From Gammaproteobacteria bacterium (lineage in GTDB: Bacteria > Pseudomonadota > Gammaproteobacteria > GCA-2400775): a stretch of DNA of 64,000 nucleotides. The notes beneath the pieces are model-generated. The model made no database searches. It was not told where the DNA came from and saw only the letters and a program-made list of their open reading frames with translations. Positions 21,383 to 33,113 of the stretch are shown in pieces. The position numbers and the translations under genes were made by a program. Position 1 is the first letter of the stretch. The number at the start of each line of letters is the position of its first letter. Where the stretch lies: assembly GCA_015492075.1 (NCBI GenBank), contig WGFU01000031.1:2353-66352 (forward strand), written 5' to 3'.

Positions 21383-22228
21383 ATGGCTAAAAAAATACAC
21401 ACAAAGTTTAATGTGGCTGCGATTCAGATGGCATCTGGGCCTAGTGTTAGTGCCAATTTAATGGAAGCCGAAAGGCTGATTAATATTGCAGTTGAGCGCG
21501 ATGCCAAGCTGGTTGTTTTGCCGGAAAACTTTTCATTTATGGGTATCGCCGAAGAGGACAGGCTGCGGGTGGCGGAAGTTGACGGTGCCGGAGCAGTGCA
21601 GGATTTTCTGGCAAATCAAGCCAATAAACACGGTATCTGGTTGGTCGGTGGCACTATTCCCTTGACGGCGGCCGCTGGACATGTTCGTGCGGCTTGCCTG
21701 ATGTTTGATAGTAGTGGTCAGCGTGTTGCACGTTATGACAAAATTCATTTGTTTGACGTGACGCTTGAAGAGAGTAATGAGCAGTATGCGGAATCGAAAA
21801 CTATAGAGCCGGGTAATGAGGTCTGCTGCATCGACACCGTATTTGGCCGCATTGGTCTGGCTGTGTGCTATGACCTGCGATTCCCCGAGCAGTTCAGGCA
21901 GATGGCCGAGGCAGGGGTTGATATGATCCTGGTTCCTTCTGCTTTTACCGCCGTGACGGGTAAAGCGCATTGGCTGCATCTGGTTTGTGCGCGCGCCATT
22001 GAAAACTTGTGTTACCTGGTGGCACCAAACCAGGGTGGTTACCATATCAATGGTCGTGAAAGTTATGGTCACTCTATGGTTGTTGACCCGTGGGGTATGG
22101 TTAACGATTGCCTTGAGAATGGTTCGGGAGTGGTGGTAGCGGAAATTGACCATGCTGTGATCAATCGAGTTAGAAAAACTTTTCCTGCACTTGAGCATCG
22201 CCGCTTGGGATGTTGTTCACCATTTTAA
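21383..22228 (+). CDS. carbon-nitrogen hydrolase (Nit family)
   Basis: Has the E-K-C triad context (LPENF, YDKIHLFD, VCYDLRFPE). The start is set at ATG 21383, which avoids overlap with yhdP. Confidence 0.85.
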   Translation: MAKKIHTKFNVAAIQMASGPSVSANLMEAERLINIAVERDAKLVVLPENFSFMGIAEEDRLRVAEVDGAGAVQDFLANQANKHGIWLVGGTIPLTAAAGHVRAACLMFDSSGQRVARYDKIHLFDVTLEESNEQYAESKTIEPGNEVCCIDTVFGRIGLAVCYDLRFPEQFRQMAEAGVDMILVPSAFTAVTGKAHWLHLVCARAIENLCYLVAPNQGGYHINGRESYGHSMVVDPWGMVNDCLENGSGVVVAEIDHAVINRVRKTFPALEHRRLGCCSPF

Positions 22229-22255
22229 TTTTTTATTGCTTGGCGGATTAAGCTC

Positions 22256-23065
22256 ATGTCATCAAACGTACTTTTAACTATCAAGGGTCTCCATTTTAGT
22301 TATGGAAGGCGAGCCATTGCTGATGGGATCGATATCGAGGTTGAGCGCGGTAAGATTACAACGATCATGGGGCCGAGCGGTACCGGAAAAACCACCTTGT
22401 TGCGTATGATTGGCGGTCAAGTAGCGCCGCATAGAGGGGATATTGTTTTTGATGGGGAAAGTATTCCAGCGCTGGGTAAGGCGCAATTACTGGAGACGCG
22501 TAAAAGCATGGGGCTGTTGTTTCAGGCCAGCGCGTTATTTACCGGGCTTAGTGTTTATGACAACGTCGCGTTTCCTATACGAGAACATACCAAGTTGTCG
22601 GAGCGGATGGTGCGGCATCTGGTGTTATCAAAGTTAGAGGCGGTAGGTTTGCGCGGCGCGGCTGAGCTGATGCCGGCGGAATTATCAGGCGGGATGGCGC
22701 GGCGTGTGGCGCTTGCCAGGGCCGTCGCGCTGGATCCGCGCCTGATGATGTATGATGAGCCCTTTGTCGGCCAGGATCCGATTACCATGGGCGTAATAAC
22801 GCGCCTGATAAAATTACTTAACGATAGTTTGGGTCTGACCAGCATTATCGTCTCACACGATGTGCATGAAGTGATGGCGATTTCCGACTATGTCTATTTG
22901 ATCTCGGCTGGCAAAGTGATTGCGAGCGGAACACCACAGCAGTTGCAGCAATCCGACTCACCGTGGGCGCAACAGTTTTTGCGGGCGGAGCCTGATGGCC
23001 CGGTATCGTTTCAGTACCCTGCGCTGGACTATAAGAAAGATTTGTTTGGCTTGGCGAAGTCATAA
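22256..23065 (+). CDS. mlaF: phospholipid ABC transporter ATPase MlaF
   Basis: Walker A GPSGTGKTT, ABC signature LSGGMARRVALARA and Walker B MMYDEP. First gene of a mlaFEDCB set. Confidence 0.9.
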   Translation: MSSNVLLTIKGLHFSYGRRAIADGIDIEVERGKITTIMGPSGTGKTTLLRMIGGQVAPHRGDIVFDGESIPALGKAQLLETRKSMGLLFQASALFTGLSVYDNVAFPIREHTKLSERMVRHLVLSKLEAVGLRGAAELMPAELSGGMARRVALARAVALDPRLMMYDEPFVGQDPITMGVITRLIKLLNDSLGLTSIIVSHDVHEVMAISDYVYLISAGKVIASGTPQQLQQSDSPWAQQFLRAEPDGPVSFQYPALDYKKDLFGLAKS

Positions 23066-23100
23066 TGTGGTGTTGATGGTGATTAACGAGAATACAGCTA

Positions 23101-23883
23101 ATGTTTGAGCCAATACGACTCATCGGTGAGGCAGCGTTACGCGCGTTGGCGCGCCTTGGTCAGGCCACCTTGTTTATTGTCCAGGTGATTGCAGGTATAC
23201 CACCGTTGCTGCGCCGTTTTTCCTTGGTAATCACTCAACTTTATGAAGTGGGTGTATTGTCGATAGCAATTATTGCGGTTTCTGCCTTGGCCGTTGGGAT
23301 GGTGCTTGGCCTGCAAATGTTTTACACCCTGCGCGATTTTGGTTCTGAGCAAATACTTGGGCAAGTAGTTGCTTTGTCGTTGGTGCGCGAACTGGGTCCG
23401 GTGTTGACAGGGTTGTTGTTTGCTGGTCGCGCTGGTTCGGCGTTAACCGCAGAAATCGGCTTGATGAAAGCAACCGAGCAGTTGTCAAGCATGGAGATGA
23501 TGGCCGTGGACCCGATAAAGCGCGTGGTTGCCCCGCGTTTTCTGGCCGGTATTCTGTCTATGCCCCTATTGGCGGCGATGTTTAGTGCCGTTGGTATCAT
23601 CGGTGGTTACCTGGTGGGCGTTGGTATGCTGGGTGTCGATAGCGGCGCCTTTTGGTCATTAATGCAGGCCAATGTTGATTTTTATGATGATATTCTTAAC
23701 GGCATGATCAAGAGTCTGGTTTTCGGCATCATTATTACCTGGATTGCGGTATTTGAGGGTTACGATGCCAAGCCTACGGCTGAAGGAGTCAGTCGTGCGA
23801 CCATGCGCACGGTGGTGCATAGTGCTTTTGCAGTGCTGGCTTTTGATTTTATATTAACTGCGCTGATGTTTGGAGGTAGCTAA
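23101..23883 (+). CDS. mlaE: phospholipid ABC transporter permease MlaE
   Basis: 260-aa multi-TM protein with the MlaE-family motif VRELGPVLTGLLFAGRAGSA. Confidence 0.9.
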   Translation: MFEPIRLIGEAALRALARLGQATLFIVQVIAGIPPLLRRFSLVITQLYEVGVLSIAIIAVSALAVGMVLGLQMFYTLRDFGSEQILGQVVALSLVRELGPVLTGLLFAGRAGSALTAEIGLMKATEQLSSMEMMAVDPIKRVVAPRFLAGILSMPLLAAMFSAVGIIGGYLVGVGMLGVDSGAFWSLMQANVDFYDDILNGMIKSLVFGIIITWIAVFEGYDAKPTAEGVSRATMRTVVHSAFAVLAFDFILTALMFGGS

Positions 23884-23886
23884 TCC

Positions 23887-24348
23887 ATGTATACCAGAAT
23901 GACCGAAATTGCTGTGGGGTGTTTCGTCGCTGTCGGCTTGGCCGCCTTGGTGATGTTGGCGATGAAGGTCAGCAACCTCGGTGCCTTTTCCGATACTGAT
24001 GGCTATACTGTCAGTGCGCGATTCGAAAATATTGGCGGGCTTAAAGTGCGTTCGCCGGTACGCCTGGGTGGTGTGAGAATCGGCCGCGTTAACGCCATTA
24101 GCTATGATCAGGACAGATATGAGGCGGTGATTGAGATGACTATTGGCAACAGTTATGATCGCTTGCCTGTTGATACCGCCGCGAATATTTTTACCTCAGG
24201 CTTGCTGGGTGAGCAGTATATTGGTTTAGAGCCCGGTGCTGAAGAAGACTATCTTGCTTCTGGTGATGTGATTGAGCTGACTCAGTCAGCTATCATAATA
24301 GAGCAGCTTATCGGCCATTTTTTATTGAACGAGTCCCAGGCGGAGTAG
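23887..24348 (+). CDS. mlaD: MCE-domain phospholipid-binding protein MlaD
   Basis: N-terminal TM anchor plus an MCE domain (GLKVRSPVRLGGVRIG). Confidence 0.9.
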   Translation: MYTRMTEIAVGCFVAVGLAALVMLAMKVSNLGAFSDTDGYTVSARFENIGGLKVRSPVRLGGVRIGRVNAISYDQDRYEAVIEMTIGNSYDRLPVDTAANIFTSGLLGEQYIGLEPGAEEDYLASGDVIELTQSAIIIEQLIGHFLLNESQAE

Positions 24349-24414
24349 TTGGATTAAGCGGCCGTTCGGTTTGTCTGTGAGAATATAATGTGCACAGGGT
24401 TTAAGGAGATCGCA

Positions 24415-25029
24415 ATGCTGATAAAGCGGAGTCTATTTCAAGTCTTTATTATCACATGCTTGTTTACTGGTAGCGCAGTGGCGCAAAGCCACCCCGCTCA
24501 GCAACTGGTCGAGACCACAACGACAGAGTTGCTGTCTGCTTTTCGCTCAGAAAAAGAAGCCATTGAGGCGGACAATGCGGTATTGCGCCAAATCGTTAGC
24601 GAAAAAATACTTCCTCACTTTGACTTCGTCCGCATGTCCAAGCTTGCCTTGGGAAAGTATTGGCGTCGTGCCACAGTGTCACAGCGCAAGGCCTTTGCGG
24701 TGCAGTTTCGTGAGCTTTTGGTAAATACTTATGCCAAAGCCTTATATGATTTTGCTGACGCCAAGGTGAGTTACAAGCAGGTGCGGGCGGAGGAAGGGGA
24801 TAAGCATGTCAGCGTGATCAGCGAGGTGGATGATGGTGGCGAGCCGGTACATGTCACCTATCGTTTGTATGAAAAGGGCGGTGCCTGGAAGGTGTTTAAT
24901 ATCACCATTGAAGGCGTGAGCCTGATTACCAATTATCGCAGCACGTTTTCCAGTTTTATCGGAAAAAAAGGTATTGATGCGCTGGTGGCAGACCTTGAAC
25001 GTCGTAACCGGCTTGCAACGGCTGGCTAA
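24415..25029 (+). CDS. mlaC: periplasmic phospholipid-binding protein MlaC (Ttg2D family)
   Basis: Signal peptide plus a toluene-tolerance Ttg2D-like sequence. ATG 24415 follows AAGGAGA at 24403-24409. Confidence 0.85.
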   Translation: MLIKRSLFQVFIITCLFTGSAVAQSHPAQQLVETTTTELLSAFRSEKEAIEADNAVLRQIVSEKILPHFDFVRMSKLALGKYWRRATVSQRKAFAVQFRELLVNTYAKALYDFADAKVSYKQVRAEEGDKHVSVISEVDDGGEPVHVTYRLYEKGGAWKVFNITIEGVSLITNYRSTFSSFIGKKGIDALVADLERRNRLATAG

Positions 25030-25334
25030 TGCCAATGGGTCTGCTTGACTACCGGCTGGATCAGGGGCGCTGCGATCTCAGTGGCGAACTGAGTTTTGAC
25101 AGCGTTGCGCAATCCTCAGCGCTTATCGAGATGCTGGCATCACAGCCTGGACCCGTTACGATCAGTCTGGCCGGAATAAAGCGTGCTGATAGTGCCGCAA
25201 CGGCGTTTATGGTTGAACTCTATCGTCAAGCCAGTGCAGCGGGCAGTGAATTGCATTTTGTTGAGATCCCTGCTGGCATTCTGTCTGTGTTGGAAATGAC
25301 CGGGCTTGATAAGATTTTGCCCATCGCTGCGTAG
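25029..25334 (+). CDS. mlaB: STAS-domain protein MlaB
   Basis: 101-aa STAS-like ORF that is translationally coupled (TAATG) to mlaC. Confidence 0.8.
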   Translation: MPMGLLDYRLDQGRCDLSGELSFDSVAQSSALIEMLASQPGPVTISLAGIKRADSAATAFMVELYRQASAAGSELHFVEIPAGILSVLEMTGLDKILPIAA

Positions 25335-25410
25335 TGTGTATGGCCTCGTTACTGATGTTTGACATCCGCCTTATGCTAGAATGCCCCCCTTATTTTGTGG
25401 ACCTAATACC

Positions 25411-25641
25411 ATGCAAGCTTCCGAAATCGCACAAATGATCCAAGCTGGGTTGCCTGGCGCCGACGTTAAAGTCAAGGGTGACGATGGTGTTCATTTTGAG
25501 GCGGTAGTCGTGGCCGAGGCCTTTCGTGGTAAATCCATGCTTGAGCAGCATCGCATGGTTTACGCCACTTTGGGTGGCAACGTTGAGAATGCAGCGATTC
25601 ATGCGCTTGCTCTGAAGACGCGGGTGCCGCAAACTGCTTAG
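25411..25641 (+). CDS. ibaG: BolA-family protein IbaG
   Basis: Small BolA-like ORF (DGVHFEAVVVAEAFRGKS...HRMVY) between mlaB and murA, as in E. coli. The start is set at ATG 25411. Confidence 0.85.
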   Translation: MQASEIAQMIQAGLPGADVKVKGDDGVHFEAVVVAEAFRGKSMLEQHRMVYATLGGNVENAAIHALALKTRVPQTA

Positions 25642-25696
25642 ATGTTGCCAGCTTGCACCTTCGCAAATTATACGCGAAATCACTTTATCCTAATAA

Positions 25697-26977
<1,281 letters not shown>

Positions 26978-26980
26978 TGC

Positions 26981-27628
26981 TTGGGAAAAGAATTGAACGA
27001 GAATCTTACTATTGCCGTTTCTAAAGGGCGCATCTACAAAGAAGCATTGCCGTTGTTGGCTGCTGCTGGCATCGTGCCAACAGAAGATCCCGACATCAGT
27101 CGCAAGTTGATCATCGATACCAATCAAGCTGGTGTTAAATTAGTGATTATTCGTGCTGCGGATGTGCCGACTTTTGTTGAGTATGGTGCTGCTGACGTGG
27201 GGATCGCGGGTAAAGATGTTTTAGTGGAATATAATGGCAGTGGTTTATATGAGCCATTAGATCTAAAGATCGCCCGCTGCTCCCTCATGCTCGCGGGTGT
27301 GCCAGACTCCAATCAACGGCAGGCGCGTATGCGCATCGCGACCAAATATGTGCGTACTACGCAAGATTATTATGCCAGGCAAGGTATGCAGGTTGAAATC
27401 ATCAAGCTTTATGGTTCGATGGAGCTTGCGCCTATAGTTGGCTTATCTGATTTGATTGTTGACCTGGTCGATACCGGTAACACGCTGCGTGCCAATGGTC
27501 TTGTCGCAATGGAACACATTATGGATGTCAGTTCACGTTTGGTAGTGAATAAGGGTTCGATGAAAATGAAGCAGTCTCGTATTAAGAAGCTGATTGAGCA
27601 AATCGCTGCTGCGGTAGAGGCGAGTTGA
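26981..27628 (+). CDS. hisG: ATP phosphoribosyltransferase, short form HisG(S)
   Basis: 215 aa, lacking the C-terminal regulatory domain. TTG start 3 nt after the murA stop. Confidence 0.9.
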   Translation: MGKELNENLTIAVSKGRIYKEALPLLAAAGIVPTEDPDISRKLIIDTNQAGVKLVIIRAADVPTFVEYGAADVGIAGKDVLVEYNGSGLYEPLDLKIARCSLMLAGVPDSNQRQARMRIATKYVRTTQDYYARQGMQVEIIKLYGSMELAPIVGLSDLIVDLVDTGNTLRANGLVAMEHIMDVSSRLVVNKGSMKMKQSRIKKLIEQIAAAVEAS

Positions 27629-27666
27629 CTGAGTTTGCAATGATCATCATCTGGATAGAGCGATAG

Positions 27667-28974
27667 TTGAAGATGGTAGCCATACGACGATTAAAGACCG
27701 CGTCCGCTGATTTTTGGCAGCAGCTGGAAGCGGTGCATGCCTTTGATGATGGTGATGACTTGACTATCAATAATGTCGTGCGCGAAATCCTGCACGATGT
27801 GCGTAAACGTGGCGATGCGGCGCTACTGGATTACACAGAACGTTTTGATCATTTAACGGTAGCAAACGCAGCTGAATTTGAGCTGCCCGCTTCGCGTTTG
27901 CAGCAGGCCCTGGAGACGATTCCGGCAGCGGAGAAAACCGCCTTGGAGCAGGCAGCGCAGCGCTTGCGTGATTATCACCTCAAGCAAAAAAGTGAGTCCT
28001 GGCACTATACTGAGGACGACGGGACCTTGCTCGGGCAAAAGGTGACCGCGCTGGATCGCGTTGGCCTTTATGTGCCGGGAGGTAAAGCCGCTTATCCTTC
28101 CTCGGTATTGATGAATGCCATTCCGGCCAAGGTCGCGGGTGTTGATGAATTGATTATGGTGGTGCCGACACCGGACGGCGTGATCAACGAGTTGGTGCTG
28201 GCAGCAGCAGTTATTGGCGGCGTGAATCGTGTCTTCACGATAGGTGGCGCGCAAGCGATTGCGGCGCTGGCTTACGGCACCGACGCTGTGCCGGCAGTCG
28301 ATAAAATTGTTGGCCCCGGGAATATCTATGTGGCGACAGCCAAGCGTATGGTGTTTGGTACGGTCGGTATCGATATGATTGCAGGCCCGTCAGAAATTTT
28401 GGTGCTGGCCGACAACAGCATGCCGGCTGATTGGATGGCCATGGACTTGTTCTCGCAGTCAGAGCATGATGAGGATGCGCAGGCAATATTGATCAGTACG
28501 GATGCCGCGTATCTTGAACAAGTTGAGGAAAGTATTAACCGGCTACTGCCCGGGATGGAGCGCGCTGCAATTATCGAAGCGTCATTGACGCGCCGCGCCG
28601 CCATGATTGAGGCCGCTAGCATGGATGACGTCATGGCAGTCATTAATTATATTGCGCCGGAGCATTTGCAGTTGTCGGTAGCCGACCCGCAATCATTATT
28701 GCCAGGAGTGCGCCATGCCGGCGCGATCTTTATGGGGCAATCAACAGCAGAAGTGTTGGGTGATTACTGCGCCGGCCCTAATCACGTACTGCCGACTGCC
28801 AGAACTGCACGTTTTTCGTCGCCGCTCGGTGTGTACGATTTTCAGAAACGCTCAAGTCTGATTATGTGTTCGCCTGAGGGTGCCTCTGAACTGGGCAAGA
28901 TTGCTTCCACGCTGGCACGTGGAGAAGGGCTGACGGCGCATGCGCGCTCGGCGGAATATCGCATAAAGGCTTAG
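27667..28974 (+). CDS. hisD: histidinol dehydrogenase
   Basis: 435 aa with the HisD core ([29 protein letters not shown]). Confidence 0.95.
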   Translation: MKMVAIRRLKTASADFWQQLEAVHAFDDGDDLTINNVVREILHDVRKRGDAALLDYTERFDHLTVANAAEFELPASRLQQALETIPAAEKTALEQAAQRLRDYHLKQKSESWHYTEDDGTLLGQKVTALDRVGLYVPGGKAAYPSSVLMNAIPAKVAGVDELIMVVPTPDGVINELVLAAAVIGGVNRVFTIGGAQAIAALAYGTDAVPAVDKIVGPGNIYVATAKRMVFGTVGIDMIAGPSEILVLADNSMPADWMAMDLFSQSEHDEDAQAILISTDAAYLEQVEESINRLLPGMERAAIIEASLTRRAAMIEAASMDDVMAVINYIAPEHLQLSVADPQSLLPGVRHAGAIFMGQSTAEVLGDYCAGPNHVLPTARTARFSSPLGVYDFQKRSSLIMCSPEGASELGKIASTLARGEGLTAHARSAEYRIKA

Positions 28975-29010
28975 TTACTTTGCTATAGTATCGAGTGGTT
29001 GGAGAAAGTC

Positions 29011-29604
29011 ATGACAGATCGTAAAGCGTCAGTAAAACGCGATACGCTAGAAACTCAGATTGAGGTCAGCATTAATCTAGATGGCAGCGGTCAGGCCAAG
29101 TTGGATAGTGGTATTCCGTTTCTTGACCATATGCTGGATCAGATCGCACGTCATGGCCTGGTTGATCTTGAAGTCAGCGCCAAGGGCGATCTCGAGATCG
29201 ATGATCATCATACTGTCGAAGATATTGGTATTACCTTAGGCCAGGCGTTGTCTGAAGCAATTGGTGACAAATGCGGTATTCGTCGTTACGGCCATGCCTA
29301 TGTGCCACTCGATGAAGCCTTGTCTCGCGTCGTCATCGATTTTTCCGGCCGTCCCGGGCTTGAATACAGCGTCGATTTTCCACGCGCCAGCGTTGGTGGT
29401 TTCGACGTCGATCTGTTTCGCGAGTTTTTCAGTGGTCTGGTCAATCATTCCTGGATCACGCTGCATATTGATAATCTGTGTGGTGACAATGCCCATCACA
29501 TTATTGAAACCGTGTTTAAAGCCTTTGGCCGAGCCTTGCGCATGGCAGTTGAATTTGACGAACGCAGTGTTGGCATCATTCCTTCTACCAAGGGCAAACT
29601 CTGA
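29011..29604 (+). CDS. hisB: imidazoleglycerol-phosphate dehydratase
   Basis: Monofunctional IGPD with [10 protein letters not shown] and NAHHIIE motifs. ATG 29011 follows GGAGA. Confidence 0.95.
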   Translation: MTDRKASVKRDTLETQIEVSINLDGSGQAKLDSGIPFLDHMLDQIARHGLVDLEVSAKGDLEIDDHHTVEDIGITLGQALSEAIGDKCGIRRYGHAYVPLDEALSRVVIDFSGRPGLEYSVDFPRASVGGFDVDLFREFFSGLVNHSWITLHIDNLCGDNAHHIIETVFKAFGRALRMAVEFDERSVGIIPSTKGKL

Positions 29605-29775
29605 CGGAAACACGGAGAAATGAGTCTTTTAGCTCTGGCACAGTGCTACCTTGATGCGCTTATTCCCCCTGCATCTGTATACACAGTGATGCGACGTAGT
29701 TGGCGCGCCTTGCTCTAAACTCCAGCGCTTCATTTTCCAAAGCTGTCTTGTAAACTAATGACGACATAAAATAAT

Positions 29776-30417
29776 ATGAATTCAGTTGCAGTCATCGATT
29801 ATGGCATGGGTAATCTACGTTCAGTGTCTAAGGCGCTTGAGCATGTGTGCCCCGAAGCATCGATTCATGTGACCAATGATCCTACGGTGATTACTGAGGC
29901 TGACCGTGTCGTCTTCCCAGGTGTGGGCGCGCTGCGTGAAGCTATGGCCGAATTAAAGCGCCTATCGCTGGATGATTTGATCAAGCAGCAGATCAAGCAA
30001 AAACCGTTTCTTGGCATCTGTCTTGGTATGCAAGCTTTGTTCGATTCGAGCGAAGAAAATGGTGGTTGCGAGGGTCTGGGCATATTACCGGGTCGGGCAC
30101 GTTATTTTGGCCAAAACCGTGTCGATAAGACGGGTCACAGGCTCAAAGTGCCACATATGGGTTGGAGCATGTTATCCCTTACCCGAGATCATCCTATGTG
30201 GCATGGTATCGCGCCTGGCAGCCGCTTTTATTTTGTCCATAGTTATTATGTGGAACCTGAGCAGGATGATCACATTGCAGCGGTATGCGATTATGGTGGC
30301 GCGTTTTGTGCGGCAGTGAGTGCGACGAATGTTTTTGCGGTGCAGTTTCACCCCGAAAAAAGTCAGGCTATGGGTCTGCGGCTGCTTGATAATTTTATGC
30401 AATGGAATGGACAATAA
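29776..30417 (+). CDS. hisH: imidazole glycerol phosphate synthase, glutaminase subunit HisH
   Basis: Class I glutamine amidotransferase with GICLGMQ and FHPEKS motifs. Confidence 0.95.
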   Translation: MNSVAVIDYGMGNLRSVSKALEHVCPEASIHVTNDPTVITEADRVVFPGVGALREAMAELKRLSLDDLIKQQIKQKPFLGICLGMQALFDSSEENGGCEGLGILPGRARYFGQNRVDKTGHRLKVPHMGWSMLSLTRDHPMWHGIAPGSRFYFVHSYYVEPEQDDHIAAVCDYGGAFCAAVSATNVFAVQFHPEKSQAMGLRLLDNFMQWNGQ

Positions 30418-30462
30418 GGCGATGGCTTTGCTTTATGGCGAAACAGAAATGAGGAAAATATT

Positions 30463-31203
30463 ATGCTGCTAATACCAGCGATTGATCTTAAGGATGGCAG
30501 GTGCGTGCGCTTGCGCCAAGGTAAAATGGACGACGAAACGATCTTTTCCGATGACCCGGTAGCGATGGCGCAACGCTGGGTTGAGGCCGGTGCCCGCCGT
30601 CTGCACCTGGTAGACCTTGATGGTGCCATACACGGCCGGCCCGTGAATGCCGAGATCATCCACCGTATTGTTGACGCCGTGCCTGACATTCCGATTCAGG
30701 TCGGTGGCGGTATCCGCGATGACGATACTATCCAGGCATACTTGGACAGCGGTGTAAGTTACGTCATTATTGGTACTACTGCGGTTACCGAGCCACACTT
30801 TGTTTCTGATGTTTGCGCAGAGTTTCCCGGTCATATCATTGTCGGTCTTGATGCCAAAGACGGCAAGGTTGCGATAAATGGCTGGTCAAAATTGTCGCAT
30901 CACGACGTCATTGATATGGCGCAGCATTTTGAGCGTGATGGTGTTGAGGCCATTATTTATACTGATATCAGCCGTGACGGCATGATGGGTGGTGTTAACA
31001 TTGAAGCGACAGTGAAGCTTGCCCAGTCCATTGCCATTCCGGTTATCGCATCCGGCGGGATTACTAATATGGATGATGTGCGTAAGCTGTGTGCGGTCGA
31101 AGAAGAAGGCATCGTTGGCGCGATCAGTGGTCGTGCACTCTATGAAGGCACACTGGATTTGGCAGCAGCCCAAAAAGTAGCTGACGCGTTTTCAGCCAAT
31201 TAA
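30463..31203 (+). CDS. hisA: ProFAR isomerase HisA
   Basis: [18 protein letters not shown]-terminus and a (beta/alpha)8 HisA/HisF-family sequence. Confidence 0.95.
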   Translation: MLLIPAIDLKDGRCVRLRQGKMDDETIFSDDPVAMAQRWVEAGARRLHLVDLDGAIHGRPVNAEIIHRIVDAVPDIPIQVGGGIRDDDTIQAYLDSGVSYVIIGTTAVTEPHFVSDVCAEFPGHIIVGLDAKDGKVAINGWSKLSHHDVIDMAQHFERDGVEAIIYTDISRDGMMGGVNIEATVKLAQSIAIPVIASGGITNMDDVRKLCAVEEEGIVGAISGRALYEGTLDLAAAQKVADAFSAN

Positions 31204-31217
31204 TTCTAAGCTCAGGC

Positions 31218-32039
31218 ATGGCTCTCGCGAAACGTATTATTCCTTGTCTTGATGTTGATAACGGTCGCGTTGTTAAAGGCGTGCAGTTTGTCGATATTTG
31301 TGACGCCGGCGACCCCGTTGAGGTGGCGCGTCGCTATGATACACAGGGCGCCGACGAATTGGTTTTTCTTGATATCAGCGCCAGTCATGAGGGCCGCGAT
31401 ACTATTGTCCACGTTGTTGAGCAAGTGGCCGGTGAGATTTTTATACCACTCACCGTAGGTGGCGGTATTCGCACAGTCGAAGATGTTGGTCGCATGCTCA
31501 AGGCCGGCGCCGATAAGGTCGGGATAAACACCGCAGCCGTTGCCGACCCCGATTTGGTGCGTCGCGCCGCAGACAAATACGGTGCGCAATGTATTGTCGT
31601 GGCCGCTGATGCACGCTGTGTGAGCCAGCCCCTCAAGAGTACTTCCTCAGGAATGCTATCGCATTCCCTCAGGGCGCAAGGTGAGCCGCCACGTTGGCAG
31701 ATTTATACCCACGGCGGGCGTCGCGAAACCGGAATCGACGTCATTGAGTGGGTGCAGCGCATGGAACAATATGGCGCCGGTGAAATCCTGCTGACCAGTA
31801 TGGACAGGGACGGTACCAAAGACGGTTTTGACCTGGAACTGACGTGTGCAGTGAGTGATTCTGTCGGGATTCCCGTTATCGCTTCAGGTGGTGTTGGCTC
31901 GCTGCCACATTTGGTGGACGGTGTTAAGCTGGGCCATGCTGATGCCGTGCTAGCGGCCAGCATTTTCCATTATGGTGAGTTCAGCGTGGGCGAGGCCAAG
32001 CAATTTATGGCGGCCGCAGGCATTGAAGTTCGTCTCTAA
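31218..32039 (+). CDS. hisF: imidazole glycerol phosphate synthase, cyclase subunit HisF (with ~16-17 aa loop insertion)
   Basis: [22 protein letters not shown]-terminus. At 273 aa it is longer than the ~255-258 aa I recall for typical HisF. The extra segment is [16 protein letters not shown], before the conserved [11 protein letters not shown]. Confidence 0.95.
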   Translation: MALAKRIIPCLDVDNGRVVKGVQFVDICDAGDPVEVARRYDTQGADELVFLDISASHEGRDTIVHVVEQVAGEIFIPLTVGGGIRTVEDVGRMLKAGADKVGINTAAVADPDLVRRAADKYGAQCIVVAADARCVSQPLKSTSSGMLSHSLRAQGEPPRWQIYTHGGRRETGIDVIEWVQRMEQYGAGEILLTSMDRDGTKDGFDLELTCAVSDSVGIPVIASGGVGSLPHLVDGVKLGHADAVLAASIFHYGEFSVGEAKQFMAAAGIEVRL

Positions 32040-32136
32040 GGCCCCATCATGCTAGCAAGCGGCGACGAATAAAGTGGTTTTTGGCGCAAACTTCGGTTGA
32101 AAAGCACAATAAAAGCGATTAACGTGGCCGGCTACG

Positions 32137-32460
32137 ATGAGTGATGTTCTGACAAAGTTAGAGGAAGTGTTGGTAAGCCGCAAAACGGCTGACCCCGATA
32201 CATCTTACGTTGCCAGTTTGTACCAGGCAGGCGATACTAAGATCCTCAAAAAACTGGGCGAAGAGGCCATTGAGGTCATTATCGCCGGTCAGAGCGAAAC
32301 GCGTGAACAAGTGGTCTACGAGATGGCTGATTTATGGTTTCACGCGCTGGTTTTACTGGTACATAGAGGGATACCGGTGTCGGAAGTGACCGACGAGTTG
32401 ACGCGGCGTTTTGGCGTTTCTGGTATTGAAGAGAAGGCATCGCGCGCAACAAATGGCTAG
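32137..32460 (+). CDS. hisE: phosphoribosyl-ATP pyrophosphatase HisE (monofunctional)
   Basis: 107 aa with SYVASLY...LKKLGEEAIEVI...EMADLWFH. Confidence 0.9.
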   Translation: MSDVLTKLEEVLVSRKTADPDTSYVASLYQAGDTKILKKLGEEAIEVIIAGQSETREQVVYEMADLWFHALVLLVHRGIPVSEVTDELTRRFGVSGIEEKASRATNG

Positions 32461-32496
32461 CGGTGACTGAATAAAACAGGTCGTTGGAGAGAAATC

Positions 32497-32742
32497 ATGG
32501 GTGGTATCGGTGTTTGGCAGTTGTTGATTATTCTAGTGATTGTGCTGCTTTTGTTTGGCGCAAAACGCTTGCGCAATGTCGGTGGCGATTTGGGTAGCGC
32601 GGTTAAGGGCTTTAAAAGCGCTATGAAAGATGGTGAAGCTGGCGATGATGACGGTGCCAAGCTGGAAAAGACCGATGCCAGTGATGTTATTGAAGGTGAA
32701 GTGTCTCAGCGAGAAGTTTCCGGGGACAAGGAGAAGGTCTAA
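32497..32742 (+). CDS. tatA: twin-arginine translocase subunit TatA
   Basis: [26 protein letters not shown]-terminus. Confidence 0.95.
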   Translation: MGGIGVWQLLIILVIVLLLFGAKRLRNVGGDLGSAVKGFKSAMKDGEAGDDDGAKLEKTDASDVIEGEVSQREVSGDKEKV

Positions 32743-32753
32743 GGGTTAGTACC

Positions 32754-33068
32754 ATGTTTGATATCAGCTCTTGGGAAATCCTGGTTGTCGCGGCCATTGC
32801 ACTAATCGTTGTCGGCCCGGACAAATTTGCTGGACTGATCCGTAATGTGGGTCAATGGGTGGGCAAGGCACGCAAGATTGCCGCCAGCGTTAAGGAAGAA
32901 ATCAAAAACGAGGTCGATAAGGCCGAAGAGTTGAAAAAGTTGGCACAAGATCAAAAAGAATTGGCCGAACTGCATGAGACGGTTAACCAGGTCAAAGAAT
33001 CGATCCCGATTGATGCCGATACACCACGTGGTTCACTTCCGACTGATAATAAGACGTCAACAAGCTAG
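32754..33068 (+). CDS. tatB: twin-arginine translocase subunit TatB
   Basis: MFDISSWEILVVAAIALIVVGPDK N-terminus followed by an amphipathic helix. Confidence 0.9.
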   Translation: MFDISSWEILVVAAIALIVVGPDKFAGLIRNVGQWVGKARKIAASVKEEIKNEVDKAEELKKLAQDQKELAELHETVNQVKESIPIDADTPRGSLPTDNKTSTS

Positions 33069-33113
33069 CTACCCGCTGCGCTTTTACTAAGCAGACCCCC
33101 TAACTAAAGCCCT

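Noticed and set aside
25334-25411. TTGACA ... TAGAAT promoter-like words upstream of ibaG
   Set aside because: The spacer between the two hexamers is only 12 nt, which is incompatible with a sigma70 promoter.
29604-29776. 32-aa ORF (MSLLALAQCYLDALIPPASVYTVMRRSWRALL) in the hisB-hisH spacer
   Set aside because: GGAG lies only 2 nt from the ATG. There is no family resemblance, so it is likely a fortuitous ORF.
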